From Selaginella moellendorffii (taxonomy: Eukaryota > Plantae > Lycopodiophyta), in contig NW_003314378.1 of the NCBI RefSeq assembly GCF_000143415.4, forward strand, positions 74,110 through 138,109: a DNA stretch of 64,000 bases. The letters run 5' to 3'. The notes below the pieces were generated by a model. That model did not search any database. It saw nothing but the letters and a program-made list of their open reading frames with translations, and was not told the DNA's origin. This document shows, piece after piece, positions 14,065 to 26,479 of this stretch (position 1 is its first letter; each line of letters begins with the position of its first letter). The position numbers and the translations under genes were made by a program.

Positions 14065-14065
<1 letters not shown>
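13908..14065 (+). repeat. 3' LTR fragment of the gypsy relic
   Basis: Starts with TG immediately after the PPT. An inverted homologous copy is at about 47130-47296. Confidence 0.7.
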
Positions 14066-14604
<539 letters not shown>

Positions 14605-17293
14605 AGAACAGATAAAATCCTTTGTGATGATTATTATATGACAAATAGCTAATGGTGCTAACAAAGGTGCACATGTGATTAATGCACCCATTTAAGTAGA
14701 TTGTAGATCCAAGCAATACAAATTATATTTTGGGATTTCATTCATAATTTTTTATGTACAACTATTCTAATAAATAATTAATCACTTACAATCTCCCAAT
14801 GCAACTGTCTTATTTTCATCACAAATTATAAGTTTTTCTTCCATTTCTGAGTCACACCACAAAATATTTAGTTTTAACATATTAAAGCTAAAGGAAAATT
14901 TAAAGGCTTAATAACTTAAAATTCAGTTAATGTAACTTTCTGTAGAAAATGATAATGAAAACTTTCAATTCTGCTTACAATTTTTGCCCCAAGTATTATG
15001 TGCGGAAGAACACGTGTGCGTGGGGGTGGTGCCGTTCTGTACAGTCAAAATCGTCAAAATCTTTCCGCAAGGTACCGAGAAAGATGCAAATATTCGTTGC
15101 TCCGGCTCTCTATACACACCCTCTTATATCTTTCAAAATATTTGCAGTGACCCAAGTTGGCGCACAATAACTTGATCATATGAATGAGTGAGAGGTACTT
15201 GTACAATGTTGGCTTTTTGCAGTAAAGGTGGTGCAAGCTCCTAAGCCTTGTCAATCTTGCGCTTTTTCGGATCGATAGGGATTATAACTACTGGATGAGT
15301 ATATATATTTCTTGGGTCCGTCCCTCTCAGCAAGAAAGCGAAAGAAAGCTCGGCCCGGTCTACTGCCCTGCTACTGCTACTCTACTCTACGATATACGAA
15401 CAGAATACGCCACTCATTGAAGTTGCTAGATGGATCATATCTGAGCAAATTGGCACCGTCCCGTTGCATTCAAACCTTCATGGGTTTGTAAGCAGCCCTC
15501 CAGCCACCTTTCATAAATGCAGTAACGGGATTGCGTTCTCTCTTGAGATTTATACTGTATCTTGCAAAGGTTTGCACTTCCACCACTTGGAGATCAGTTC
15601 TTCATTAGCCGTTTACAGGGTCTTGCAGCACCCACCAAGACGCATGATCTCTTCTTTCTTTCCTCTTTCTCGTCCCAGAAAGACATATCATGTTCTTCAA
15701 ACTTGCGCCGGCCATACTCCATGTGACACATTAAAGTACGGTCGGAACTCCCGGGTTCCGTACCCCAGTGCATCGACCCCACGCAATTGATGGATCAGCG
15801 CCAACTTTACTTGGGAATGGGACAACACACAGAGGAGAGAGGAAGAGGAAAAAGCGCAGCAAACATGGGGTTTTTAATTTTTTTTAAAGATTTCTTTGGG
15901 CTGGGAAGATAGGCGGATAGATTTGCATTTGAAACGTGAGGTCTCGAGATTGACAAAATAACATTGACTTGATATCCTTCCCCCATCCGGGATAGTTTTT
16001 CTTCGCTTCTGGACGATCGATCATTGTCAATGTTATACAGCGTACATGTATAGCTGTGGTTTGCATGATTCACAAGTGTGTTGTCAAATGGTTGTGACAT
16101 CGATTTCCCGGACAAAACATTTCGAGAACACAAAAAGGAAGACTTGAAATGGGGTTAACTTAGTGTGTAAGTTATGGATCCGAAGATTTGACTCGATATT
16201 TTATGTGCACGAAGCACCAGTGTACACAACGCATACAATACAGTCTAACATTTTCTCTAACAATTGTTACAAAAAAGTGGCAGAGCAGCAGCGCACAACT
16301 CCATTTATTTGGCCATCCCCCAAGTTGGTTATGATTCCATTCTATTCTTTACACCAACCGCGAATTGAATTGCCCCAGCTTTCGGTTTTTTCCGGAGGAG
16401 AATCTGCAAGCTTGCCATTTGCTCCGAGAGCCCTAAATGCGTCGAATCTTTTAGGGTTGTTTAGATAGACTTTTCTTCACGCAAGGGAAAGGAAAAGGAA
16501 AAGTGTACATTCGGAACAAAAGCTATGGTTTGGTTGCATTTACGAAGAGCCGGGGTAGTAGCGAGCACTCAGGACCACTCGCGGCAAACAAAAACCTAGA
16601 AGTAAGATTGTCACGCAAGAAGCGCTCAGGTAGCGTCGCCAGTCGCATTCTTTGTAGTTTGGTGACTCTCTCGCGTCTGAGCAAGCGCGGTGAGTTCTCG
16701 AGGATTTGGGTCGTTTTCCATGGCCGCATTAGCGTAGTGGGCGCTCGCAGATCGCCAGTCGGAAGCTCCGATCGCTCCACTGCCACTGTCGAAGTGGGTT
16801 TTCTAGCGAAAAAAAGTCCTTTCCTGTTTATCTTACACATCGATCGTTGTGGAGAGCAAGTAGCAACAAGCCTTTTGCTTTTTTCCAGGTCCCCCTTCTT
16901 CTTTCGCTTTGTTCTTTATTCGTTTTGTCTTGTTTCTCTTCCTCGAGCGCCCTCTCGTTTTGTTTTGCTTCCACCCATAGCAAAGGAAGAAGAGTTTCCA
17001 TCCTCTCCATTTCTTCTTTGATCTCTCGTGTCTTTCATTCATTGCGCTGTGCTCGAGGACCACCCGACAGCCCTCAGTGCTGGGAATCGGGCATATCTGT
17101 GGATGGACGACGACGACAACGCACAAGCACGACGACCACCTCGCTCGAAAAATCTGTCGGCGCATATCAGCAGCAGCGCAGCCATAGCCAGCTCTCATTC
17201 TTCTTCCACTTTCCATTCTTCTTCTCCCGGTCAATCCCTTCTCTTTCCTCGTGTGCTTCCACACTATCATCGCCCGTCACCCTCGAAGCATTC

Positions 17294-18868
17294 ATGGAGC
17301 ACAGTAGCAGGAGGAAGAAGCTACAAGCGCTCGCGCCGCTGGAGCTCTCGGCGGATAACACATCCAAGTTGATGGGTAGCCGGGCGGCGGCGCTCAAGCG
17401 TCTCTCGGAGCGAGCAAACAATACGTCGTGCTCCTCCACGAGCCTCTCAGCTCCGCCAACCTTCTCTGGCTCTCTGGTGGATCCATCCTCCCCTCGAAAG
17501 ATCTCCCTCTCGTTCTCGGAGCTCGGCCAGGCCATCATCGCGCGGCTCCAGAGCTACGGCGTCCGGATCGACCCGGGGCTGTCGGACGAGGAGATCGAGC
17601 TGGCGCAGGCCGCCTTCCAGATCACATTCCCGCCGGATCTGCGAGGAATTCTCCAGCAGGGCTTGCCGATCGGGCCCGGATTCCCCGATTGGCGATCCCA
17701 GCTCGGCTCCCACAAGCTCAAGCTGTGGATCGCGGCGCCCAAGACAGGGCTGTGCTCCGCTGCGGAGCTCGGACTCTTTTGGTGGCGGGGTTGGGGAGCT
17801 CGGCCCCCCGAGCCGGAGGGAGCTGCCCGAGCTTCCCGGGCTGCCCTGCGACGGGCGCCCGTCATGGTGCCCGTCTTCTCTCAGTGCTACGTCCCGTCGC
17901 AGCCCGTCAGGGCCGGCAACCCGGTCATGTACGTGGACCGGTCCGAGGCGTTCTACTGCGCTCACGAGCTGTCCGAGTTCTTCGGTAAGGAGTGTTTTAA
18001 ACGCTTTGTAAGCGGTGGTGGTGGCGGCGGTGGCGGCTGTGGATCGAGCATTGCGGCGTACTGCCCGGAGCCGATGGCCGTCCAGCAGCAAGAGCCCAGG
18101 GTTTTGGGGGTGGAGAGCGCGCGGAAGATGATCGCGCGGTGCGTGAGCAACATTGGCGAGGATCTGGAGGGGCTGGAGGCGGCGCTGGCGGAGCGGCGGT
18201 CGAGCGTGTCGGCGAGGAGCGTCCTCGCGGGCCCCCGCGCGAGCTCCACCTCAAGGAGCTCGGATGGGTCCTCCGATGATCATGAGCCCGGGCCGAGCCA
18301 CCACCATCCATCATCGCTCCATCTTCCCAGGGAGCGTTTGGGCCACAGTAGCAGCAACAGGGGAGGGGGGATGCGGAGGATCGAGTTTTGGAGCGATCTC
18401 GTGGAGAAGGGGCCGAGCATGAATGCCGCGGCGGGGCGATCGGCCAGTCACGATGATGGATTTGTGCAAGTGGGCGGTGAGACGGATCTGGATTGGGAGA
18501 ACGCCAAATCCAATCCATGGCAACTGGTCAAAGAATCCGTGGGCGAGATGGCGATCAAGCTCCGGAGGGCAGGGTGGAATGAACGGGACGTGGCAGAGAT
18601 CATGGATTCCTGCGAGCAACTGGATCACAGGTGCGATGATCCCAGGCCTAACCCAGCGGATCGGGAGAGCGTGATCGAAGGCCTGGCCGCTCATCTAGAT
18701 TTTCTCTCCTCGTGCCTCCACGATGCCGGGTGGAGCATCCACGATATCTCCGAAACGCTCTACTCGGATCTGACTGGCTTCTCAGAGCATCCGGGCCGAA
18801 GGGCGAGAATCTCTCCCGAAGTAGCTTCCAGGATCGGCCTTCTCGCGGCATTCGTTGCACAGGGTTAG
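17294..18868 (+). CDS. Plant SMI1/KNR4-like domain protein, intronless, about 524 aa
   Basis: GLSDEEIE.AQAAFQITFPPDLR.ILQ.GLPIGPGFPDWR, APVMVPVFS.CYVP..P..AGNPV, RRIEFWSDL and LxxAGWxxxD repeats typical of this plant family. GC-rich. First plausible ATG at 17294. Confidence 0.8.
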   Translation: MEHSSRRKKLQALAPLELSADNTSKLMGSRAAALKRLSERANNTSCSSTSLSAPPTFSGSLVDPSSPRKISLSFSELGQAIIARLQSYGVRIDPGLSDEEIELAQAAFQITFPPDLRGILQQGLPIGPGFPDWRSQLGSHKLKLWIAAPKTGLCSAAELGLFWWRGWGARPPEPEGAARASRAALRRAPVMVPVFSQCYVPSQPVRAGNPVMYVDRSEAFYCAHELSEFFGKECFKRFVSGGGGGGGGCGSSIAAYCPEPMAVQQQEPRVLGVESARKMIARCVSNIGEDLEGLEAALAERRSSVSARSVLAGPRASSTSRSSDGSSDDHEPGPSHHHPSSLHLPRERLGHSSSNRGGGMRRIEFWSDLVEKGPSMNAAAGRSASHDDGFVQVGGETDLDWENAKSNPWQLVKESVGEMAIKLRRAGWNERDVAEIMDSCEQLDHRCDDPRPNPADRESVIEGLAAHLDFLSSCLHDAGWSIHDISETLYSDLTGFSEHPGRRARISPEVASRIGLLAAFVAQG

Positions 18869-19145
18869 CTTTGCTAGATTTAATAAATTCGAATGATTTA
18901 ATTAGCCCAAAGTACTCTTTATTTATAAAACCCTTATTAAAGAAGCCTCTTTCCTAAACCAAAATAATTTTAGTTATACCTTCCTTCTGGATATATAAGA
19001 ACCTTTTTTGGTGCACTTATAATAGAAAGACTTATGTACTTAAACATTATATTTCGGTGCACCTAAAAAGACTCGTGTCCTTATAAATTAGATAATCCAT
19101 AAAACCCCAATATTGAATTCTACACTTCTTTTACATTTCTAAGCC

Positions 19146-19655
19146 ATGGTAAAGTTACAAGCCATTTTTACAGTTATAATCTTAGCAATATGTTCAAATA
19201 TTGCATTGGCAATAATATTACCTGTAAGATTAGAAATTCCATCAATTATATTGTTATTAATATATGTTTTGTGATTTTTTCAGACACCAACTATAAACAA
19301 AACTTGTGTTTATAATTTTGAAGTTAAAACTGGTAACAATGGCACTGATGGCACAGTGGGAGTAACCTTTAAGGATAAATTTGGATCACAAGTTACATTT
19401 GATGATCTTGATACAAGTATTGATAATTTTGAACCTTGGTCATCAGATAATTTTAGATATATAGGAAAATGTTTGAAAGAACCTATATGTAGTGTTAATA
19501 TTAGCTTGACCACAACAAGTTCAAGAACTTGGAGCTTAAATGTTGTGGAAGGTACTTCAACTCAAGGTTGTTATAATAATTTCTTCTTTGCTGATTTTGG
19601 AGTTGAAATTAATAATGGTGCCAGTAAAGAAGTAAATTGTTGCCATATATTTTAA
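19146..19655 (+). CDS. Small secreted PLAT/LH2-domain protein (149 aa), 2 exons (19146-19223, 19284-19655)
   Basis: Signal peptide MVKLQAIFTVIILAICSNIALA, 60-bp phase-0 GT-AG intron, then CVYNFEVKTG..GTD...FE....DNF...GKCL..PIC. Confidence 0.75.
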
Positions 19656-20999
19656 TTGTGTCTTATGAAGTTCAATAATAAATAAAAGTAAGAAAATAAT
19701 AATTATTACAATTATGAGGTCCAAATCAATGCCATAAACTATTATTAGCATAATGGGATTTTGATAGTCATCAGATTGGTGTTAATATAGACTATTTTTT
19801 CAACTAAGGTTTTTAAGTTAATTGAGTATAGACATTTTTATATTCCATGCACTCATATTGGTGGAAGTGAGGGGTAACTCTAATTATCCTTTAAAAGTGC
19901 TTGGATTTGTATCTTTTATTTAGATTTATTTTTTGCATTGTTCAAATCTCTTTTGTTCTTATAGCTTTTTCTTTTTTTCTCTTTTATTTCTCCTTTTCTT
20001 TTCATTCATTTTTATGGTAGAGCAACATACTTGGAACAACTCTTCCTCTTTTGCACTAGATTAGCAATTGGTGCAATTGCTTAATGTTATGCAATTGCAA
20101 TTTAATAATTAGACTTAGTTGAGGGTGGTGTTCAGTGCATATAGTGCAACTCTTCTTGCTCTTACTACCAATCTTCATATCTAATTGGATTTTGTCCATG
20201 AGAATCTAAAAAATTATATGTACTATTAGTTCGATTACCCTATAGTGATTGCCACCTATCATTGTTGGGATGATGCCTAGTGTTTGCATAAGTTTCCCAC
20301 ATTTCCAACGGACAATATTGCGATGGTATAATGGTTTGAGTGTAGCCACTTGTGTATATTGAAGCCTTCTCCTTATGTTTTCAAACACACATTTATACAT
20401 GTTAACAATTATAACAATGTCTTCCAACAATTGTATATCTTTCCCATTAGCAATTTCAGTTAGTTATACAATTTGGTGCTTACTTTTAAAGTCTGTTATT
20501 TCATGAGGAGCCAAATATGTTAGAGGGATTTTAAGCCCAATACACTGATCCTGGATNNNNNNNNNNNNNNNNNNNNNNNNNNNNNNNNNNNNNNNNNNNN
20601 NNNNNNNNNNNNNNNNNNNNNNNNNNNNNNNNNNNNNNNNNNNNNNNNNNNNNNNNGATGTTGGGCATATATGATAAGATTAACTAAATATATTAGCATT
20701 GTTGGCATTTCCTGAATTAATTTCCTCCATTTCTAGGGTGAAGTCTTTGTTTCCTGGAAGAATCTTTATATCAAGACCTTTCACTATAGTAGCATCTGGA
20801 AGGACCGAATAAATCACCAACCCCTCCATCCTTATTTTATAAATACTATCAAGGGATTCACTTGGCATTAGTTCATTTAATATTTACTTTTTAAATTCAT
20901 TTTTATAACAAAAGATCTTTTATTATCCTCTCCTTAAGTTTATCTTCTATTGTTTATTCTATTGCCATACATTGTCATTTACATTTGTGTTATATAGTA

Positions 21000-23900
21000 G
21001 AGCCACTCTTCATTCTCTATGGCAATGACCACACCTCTAGAATCCTAGAGAGCATTTGTGCTCATCCCCCAGCAAAGCATCCTTTGCTAAAACGTGATAA
21101 TCACTACTATCAGCTAAAATAATTGTGCTCTCGCTGCTAGGGAACTCTTCGATGCAATGCTAGATCAAGAAACCATGTCCTAGAACTTGATGTCACATGC
21201 ATGTGTATGGGATGAAATAATGTATGTAGGTGATTTCAATCTTGAGCTTCAATTATTGAGGACGGTGCCAAATTAAATATTTGAGCTCATCTTTGGTATG
21301 GATTGTTAAAGCACAATTATGTTAAATATGACTTTGAGGCTTCTCCTTTGTTTAATACTCTCTTATATCTCTTTCATTCCTTTTACTTTTATTATATTTC
21401 ATTCTTTTACTTCTACTTATGCTTTAATCACATTTATTTTTCTATTACTTCCTATCATGTTCCCTTTCTAAGTAATCTTTGTATTACAATGGTTGACTAA
21501 CTCAAGTAGGAGTATACTATTCTCTTTGACTTTGACCTATCATCTCAGGCTAAGATTGCAATGCTTCATTTTATTCTGTCTAGGGATGTTTGCTTGATCA
21601 AGGTTCTTATTTAACCTCAATCACCAAGGTTTGAGAAAAAATGTTATTTGAAAGTCTCAAAATCCTTAGCTATATATACCTCATCTTATTTTTAAATAAT
21701 ATAACAATCATATATATATACCTTCTTCCTCATACTACCCATCCTTTATATTATTTAAGGAGAAGCCATTCTTCACCAAGTTTGATCTTACTTTTAGTTA
21801 CTAGCAAGTGCTAATGGCTGAAGAAGATGTTTTTCAAACTATTTTTCATGCTTCATTTAGTTTATATATGTTGTTAATAATGTTGTTTGGTTTGAATAAT
21901 GCTTTAGTGGCTTTTCAGTAGATGGTGGATAAAGTTCTTTTCAATATGCCATTGCCAACTTCATCAATAATATCTTGATTCAATTGAAAGGGACATGGGA
22001 AGAGCATGTTCATTGTAAGATCGGCTACAAAAAGTTGATTTGAAGTTGAAATAGTTGAAGTGTGTGTTTATATCAAAGGATAAGATTTATTTTGGGTATT
22101 ATATTTTTTGCAAGAGTTTGCAAGTTGATCTTAATAAATTCATAGCTATTTTGAAGTTCCCCACTCTAAAGTGTGTGAATGATGTGCAACATATCTTTAG
22201 CAAGTGCAATATCTTGGTCATTTTATTGCTCATATTTCTGATTGTACTACACTGTTGCAAGTTAATATTCTTGGCCTATTTGAATATATACATTTATATA
22301 TTCCATATACTTATATAATAAATTTTAAAAAATGTATGTAGTATATACTAATTAAATTTTGCTTTAATATTTTTGAATTATTTTTCCTTGCTAATTCTTC
22401 TTAGCTGCAAAGGATTATCTATAAAATTTGGTAAAAAGAAGAGGAATGCTAAGTATAATTCAAAGTATTTTGGGATAGAGTAAAAAATATAAGAATATTC
22501 TAAGAATACTATATGGTATATGGCTAGAACACCTTAAGGGTCGCCCTGCTTGTTTAATTGGTATCAAAGTATAAAGTTCTTTTGGGGATAATGGAGGAGT
22601 GGGATATAGATTATAATGAGAAGTATGACATTAATGATTGTAGCATATATAATTTTCACCCTTTACCCTATAATGTTTTATTATAGCATAATACAAAGCG
22701 AAACCTTAACCCTTGAACACATGTGCTAAAGGCAATAAAGTGGGACCCAAGTTTTAGGGCCTTGGGCTAGGGAATAAAGCCAAACTCTAAAGTATATAGC
22801 TAAGGTTTATAATATTCTTTCACTAGTTTGAGTGGAGTTTGTTAAACACTTAAGCCATATATAAGTGGGATTACAACTTTCATCATTGTCTACCTATGAA
22901 GTACAAAATGGATAATCTAGTGTTGGTTCATTTTCCCAATCTTACAATACATGATTTATCTAAGGGGCTTCTTACTTAATGGAAGGGACCATATTAAAGT
23001 GTTGTGGCATGTTAGACTATGTGGTATGTTGTGGCATGATTTGTTGAAAAGGACCATAAAATAAAGAAGGTCATCTTTAAAGTGATATTGAAAATGTAAA
23101 TGCCAAAATAGCAAGTCATTAGTAAGTGATGTAGGATTTTTAAACCCATCACAAAGCCTTCAGAGCCACAGTTTAATCTTTTGAACTTCACGAACTTCAT
23201 CAAAAGAAGGTAAATTTTGTTCCGAACATTGAACATCAAATACTATAACCACTGTTGGCATGGAATCCTCATCCAAAAAATCCATAAATGCTAAAATAAC
23301 AAACTCCTCAAAAGGAATGTTTAGCAATAGTTTGGGGTTTTGAAAAACTTAATGCATATTTACATCTTTCTTAAATATTATTAAAAGGTGATCATGCTAC
23401 AATTACTTTATTATTAAAGCATAAAAACTTGGTTGGTCACACTACTTAATGGGCTTTAAAGTTTCAAATATATAATTTTGATGTTATTCATTGCCTGGGG
23501 AGTTCTATAGTTGATAATGACATTCTTTCTCGAGCTCCTCTTCCTTCTTTGCTCTATTCTCATGTTTAATCATGTAGTAATTTATCTCCACTAGTTGTAA
23601 TATATGGCTGATGTATATAATGGGATGATGCTAGCAAAGCACGCTTAAGCTCTTTTACATCAACACACTTCTAAAATCGATATCAAAAACATTCATGTGC
23701 AAAATGAAAGGTTGAGTGTAGTCAAGATATACCAAAATTGGAGGAGTTATTAACAACTTTTTTAAATCTATAAAGCTCGCATATAGTCCATGGACTATAT
23801 AAAAGATGACATTGACAACTTTAACAATGCTCACAAAGGTGTAGTATGATTAAAAAGGTGATCAATGAAACAGCTGAGATATTGCACCTTGCCTAAAAAG

Positions 23901-24930
23901 CATTACACATCATTCATACACTTTAAAGTAAGGAATTTGAGAATAACCATAAATTTGGACCTAAACATGCACTTTGATTGCTTAATCTTTAAACTAACTT
24001 CTTATAGCCAATCTAACACCTTACAAATATCATGGATATGTTCCTCCTATGTCCTCTTTGAGTGGATGAAGACATCATCAATGAAATCAATAGTCACTTT
24101 TAGCATATCACAAAGAATTTTGTCCATCATTTGTTAGAAAGTCGTTAAAGCATTGTTTAAACTAAATGGCATCACCAAAAACTCATACAAATTAAATGGT
24201 GTATAAAAAATAATTTTGGGAATATCTTCTTTGGCCATCAGCACTTGTCAGTATCTAGAAACAAGACTTAACTTAGTGAACCAATGATTTCTCCCTTGAT
24301 GATCCAAGAGATCAATAATGTGAGGAAGAGAGTATATATTTAGGATTGTCACTTCGTTTAATAGACGATAGTTGATGTAGAAATGAATACGCCCATCAGA
24401 CTTCATCATAAAATGAGGATTTTGTAACTTTTTTCCAACATCACGTTTGCACATAAAATTTTGATTTCTTTTGGTGACTAATGACAAATATAAACTTTGA
24501 TTGGATGAGCATCCCGAGTTAGAATAGGATGACATGTTGCAATCTTAGCCCTAAATGCTAGGTCAGATGTAAAGAGATCAACATACTCCTTCATAAGACA
24601 GTTAATCGTTACAATACAAATACCTTCGAAAGAATTTGAAGAGGGAATAGAGGAACAAGACAAAAACATAGAAGGAAGTAATGAGGAGAAAAAATAATGG
24701 AAGCAAAGGTAGAAGTAAAGGGACAAAAAGGAACAAAAATGAGAGGAATGGAAGAAATATAAAAAATATCAAATAAAGGGGAAAAGCTTCAAAGTCATAT
24801 TTGGCATGATTGTGCCGTAACCAATTTATACCAAGGATGAGGTAAAAATATTTATTCAACACCACCTATAATAATTGTAACTCAAGTTTGAAATTGTCCA
24901 CATGCATAACTAGGTTTGCCTCATCCAAGT
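21000..24930. mobile_element. Highly decayed, rearranged gypsy pol relics (same family as 11870-13907) on both strands
   Basis: Segments homologous to 11870-12680 and 13570-13690 in alternating orientation. RT fragment FYINYRLLNEVT...YSLPHI.DLLD on the minus strand. Confidence 0.75.
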
Positions 24931-24939
24931 GCTCCACAT

Positions 24940-25504
24940 TGTAAACTCTTGAAATTAGACTTCTCGAGAAGTCACCAGCCCAGTACTATTCAAACCCAAA
25001 AACGCTTAACCCTAAGTATCCCAAAACCCTTAACCGATTTGGAAAAGGGGATGCACTCTTATTCATAGGCCCTTTCCCTCTATATTTGAACCCTATGGAT
25101 CGTCTCTCAAGTCGTTCTCTTTGGTTGCTTACAATTCACCATGCTTCCCTGCAAATTCACAAGACACTCCCTGCCCCGCTCTCTTGACACTCTACCCCTC
25201 GGGTCGAGCCCAGCAAGAGCAAACTGGACCAACCATATGTCAATCAATATGTGGTGTGATTCCCCTAGCCAACCAACAGAGTCAGACCCGAAACCCCCTC
25301 TAATACCAAATGTAAGCTCTTGAATTTGGATTTCCCAGGAGGTCACCCAGCCCAGTACTATTCAAACCGAAGGACGCTTAACACCAAGTATCCCAAGATT
25401 CTTAACCAATTGGAAAAGGGGGTGCACTTTTATTCATAGGCCCTTTCCCTCTATATTTGAACTTTATAGATCATCTCTCAAGTCGTTCTTTTTGGTTGCT
25501 TACA
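24940..25504 (-). mobile_element. Complete Cassandra-type TRIM (565 bp) with 5S rRNA-derived sequence in the LTRs
   Basis: Two 194-bp LTRs (24940-25133, 25311-25504) TGTAA...TTACA, TSD CACAT, PBS TGGTATTAGAG (tRNA-iMet type). The LTRs contain TTAAGCGT...TAGTACTGGGCTGGGTGACCTCCTGGGAA, similar to the 5S internal control region. Confidence 0.9.
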
Positions 25505-26034
25505 CACATGTCCGATCCCGTGATCGACACCCAAAGGTACCACTAATATATCAGCCTGTTATACTAAGACCATGCCTATTCACCCTTGTCACATTAGTAG
25601 TCCAAGACCACCTATATCACAGTCTTATCTTTCAAAGATTGGATTATCTCTCCATAAGTGATCATCCTTTGACCACACCTTAGCACCCTTATAATGCCTG
25701 GAGACATCCCTTCTTCCATTCTCATCAAGTCCCCCTTCATCCATGGTTGTGCTTGCCAACACTACCACTGGGTCAAGGCCCAAAGGCTTAACCACTAAAT
25801 CCCACTAACCTCTAGGACTTATTCACCACATGACCGTATCCTTGGTCACTATACCAGAGGATTACTCCTATTCCTTTCTATAGTCTAGAATTTTATGATG
25901 ACATTTTGAAACACTGTAGCCCTACACGAGCCTCGTGGGTACTTTCCCCACCTTCCATCTTTAGGTACCCTAGCCATGTGGCTAAAGCGAGGTTTCAATG
26001 AGTCACACAAGGTATCCAAGTAAGTAGTGCCACC
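25505..26034. repeat. Old LTR-like repeat that hosts the chromovirus insertion (continues at 45186-46060)
   Basis: The joined flanks match the reverse complement of about 49220-49920 and 53560-53900. Confidence 0.6.
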
Positions 26035-26383
26035 TGTCAAGAACCCCAACAAGATCAAGACTAGAAAATGCAAAAGACAAAGAGAAAAACTAGTGGAAAG
26101 AAAGAAGAAGCTTTAGACTGGTGTTGATTCAGATTGTGGAGAAATGGAACAAAGCTAACCTATATATACTATAGGTTGATGAAGCTCCACCACTCTTGGA
26201 TCGAGGACGGCCTAAATATAGCTGAGGTCGAGGAGGCACCACATCATCATCAGGAATGTGGCTCGAGACTCAGGAATCAGAGAGTCAGGAATAGGGAAGT
26301 GTCTCGAGAGTCAGGAATGTGGTCTACAGGTCAGGAATCCGGTGAGAGTCAGGAATGTAGCAAGAATTGGGGGATTCTTGATA
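26035..26383 (-). repeat. 3' LTR of the chromovirus
   Basis: Near-identical to 44837-45185 and adjacent to the PPT. Confidence 0.95.
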
Positions 26384-26479
26384 GCACTCCCTCCTCAAGA
26401 ACGAGTGGAACGAGGATGTGAACGAGAACGACAAGGAGGATGAGATGAGCGGCGAGGGATGGGAGATGGAGAAAAAGAA

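Noticed and set aside
15464-16133. Short ORFs upstream of the SMI1-like gene
   Set aside because: No recognisable motif or consistent exon chain.
16847-17293. N-terminal extension of the 673-aa ORF
   Set aside because: Non-ATG start and pyrimidine-rich UTR/intron-like sequence. The ATG at 17294 is more plausible.
17447-18860. Overlapping antisense and alternative-frame ORFs
   Set aside because: Shadow ORFs of a GC-rich gene.
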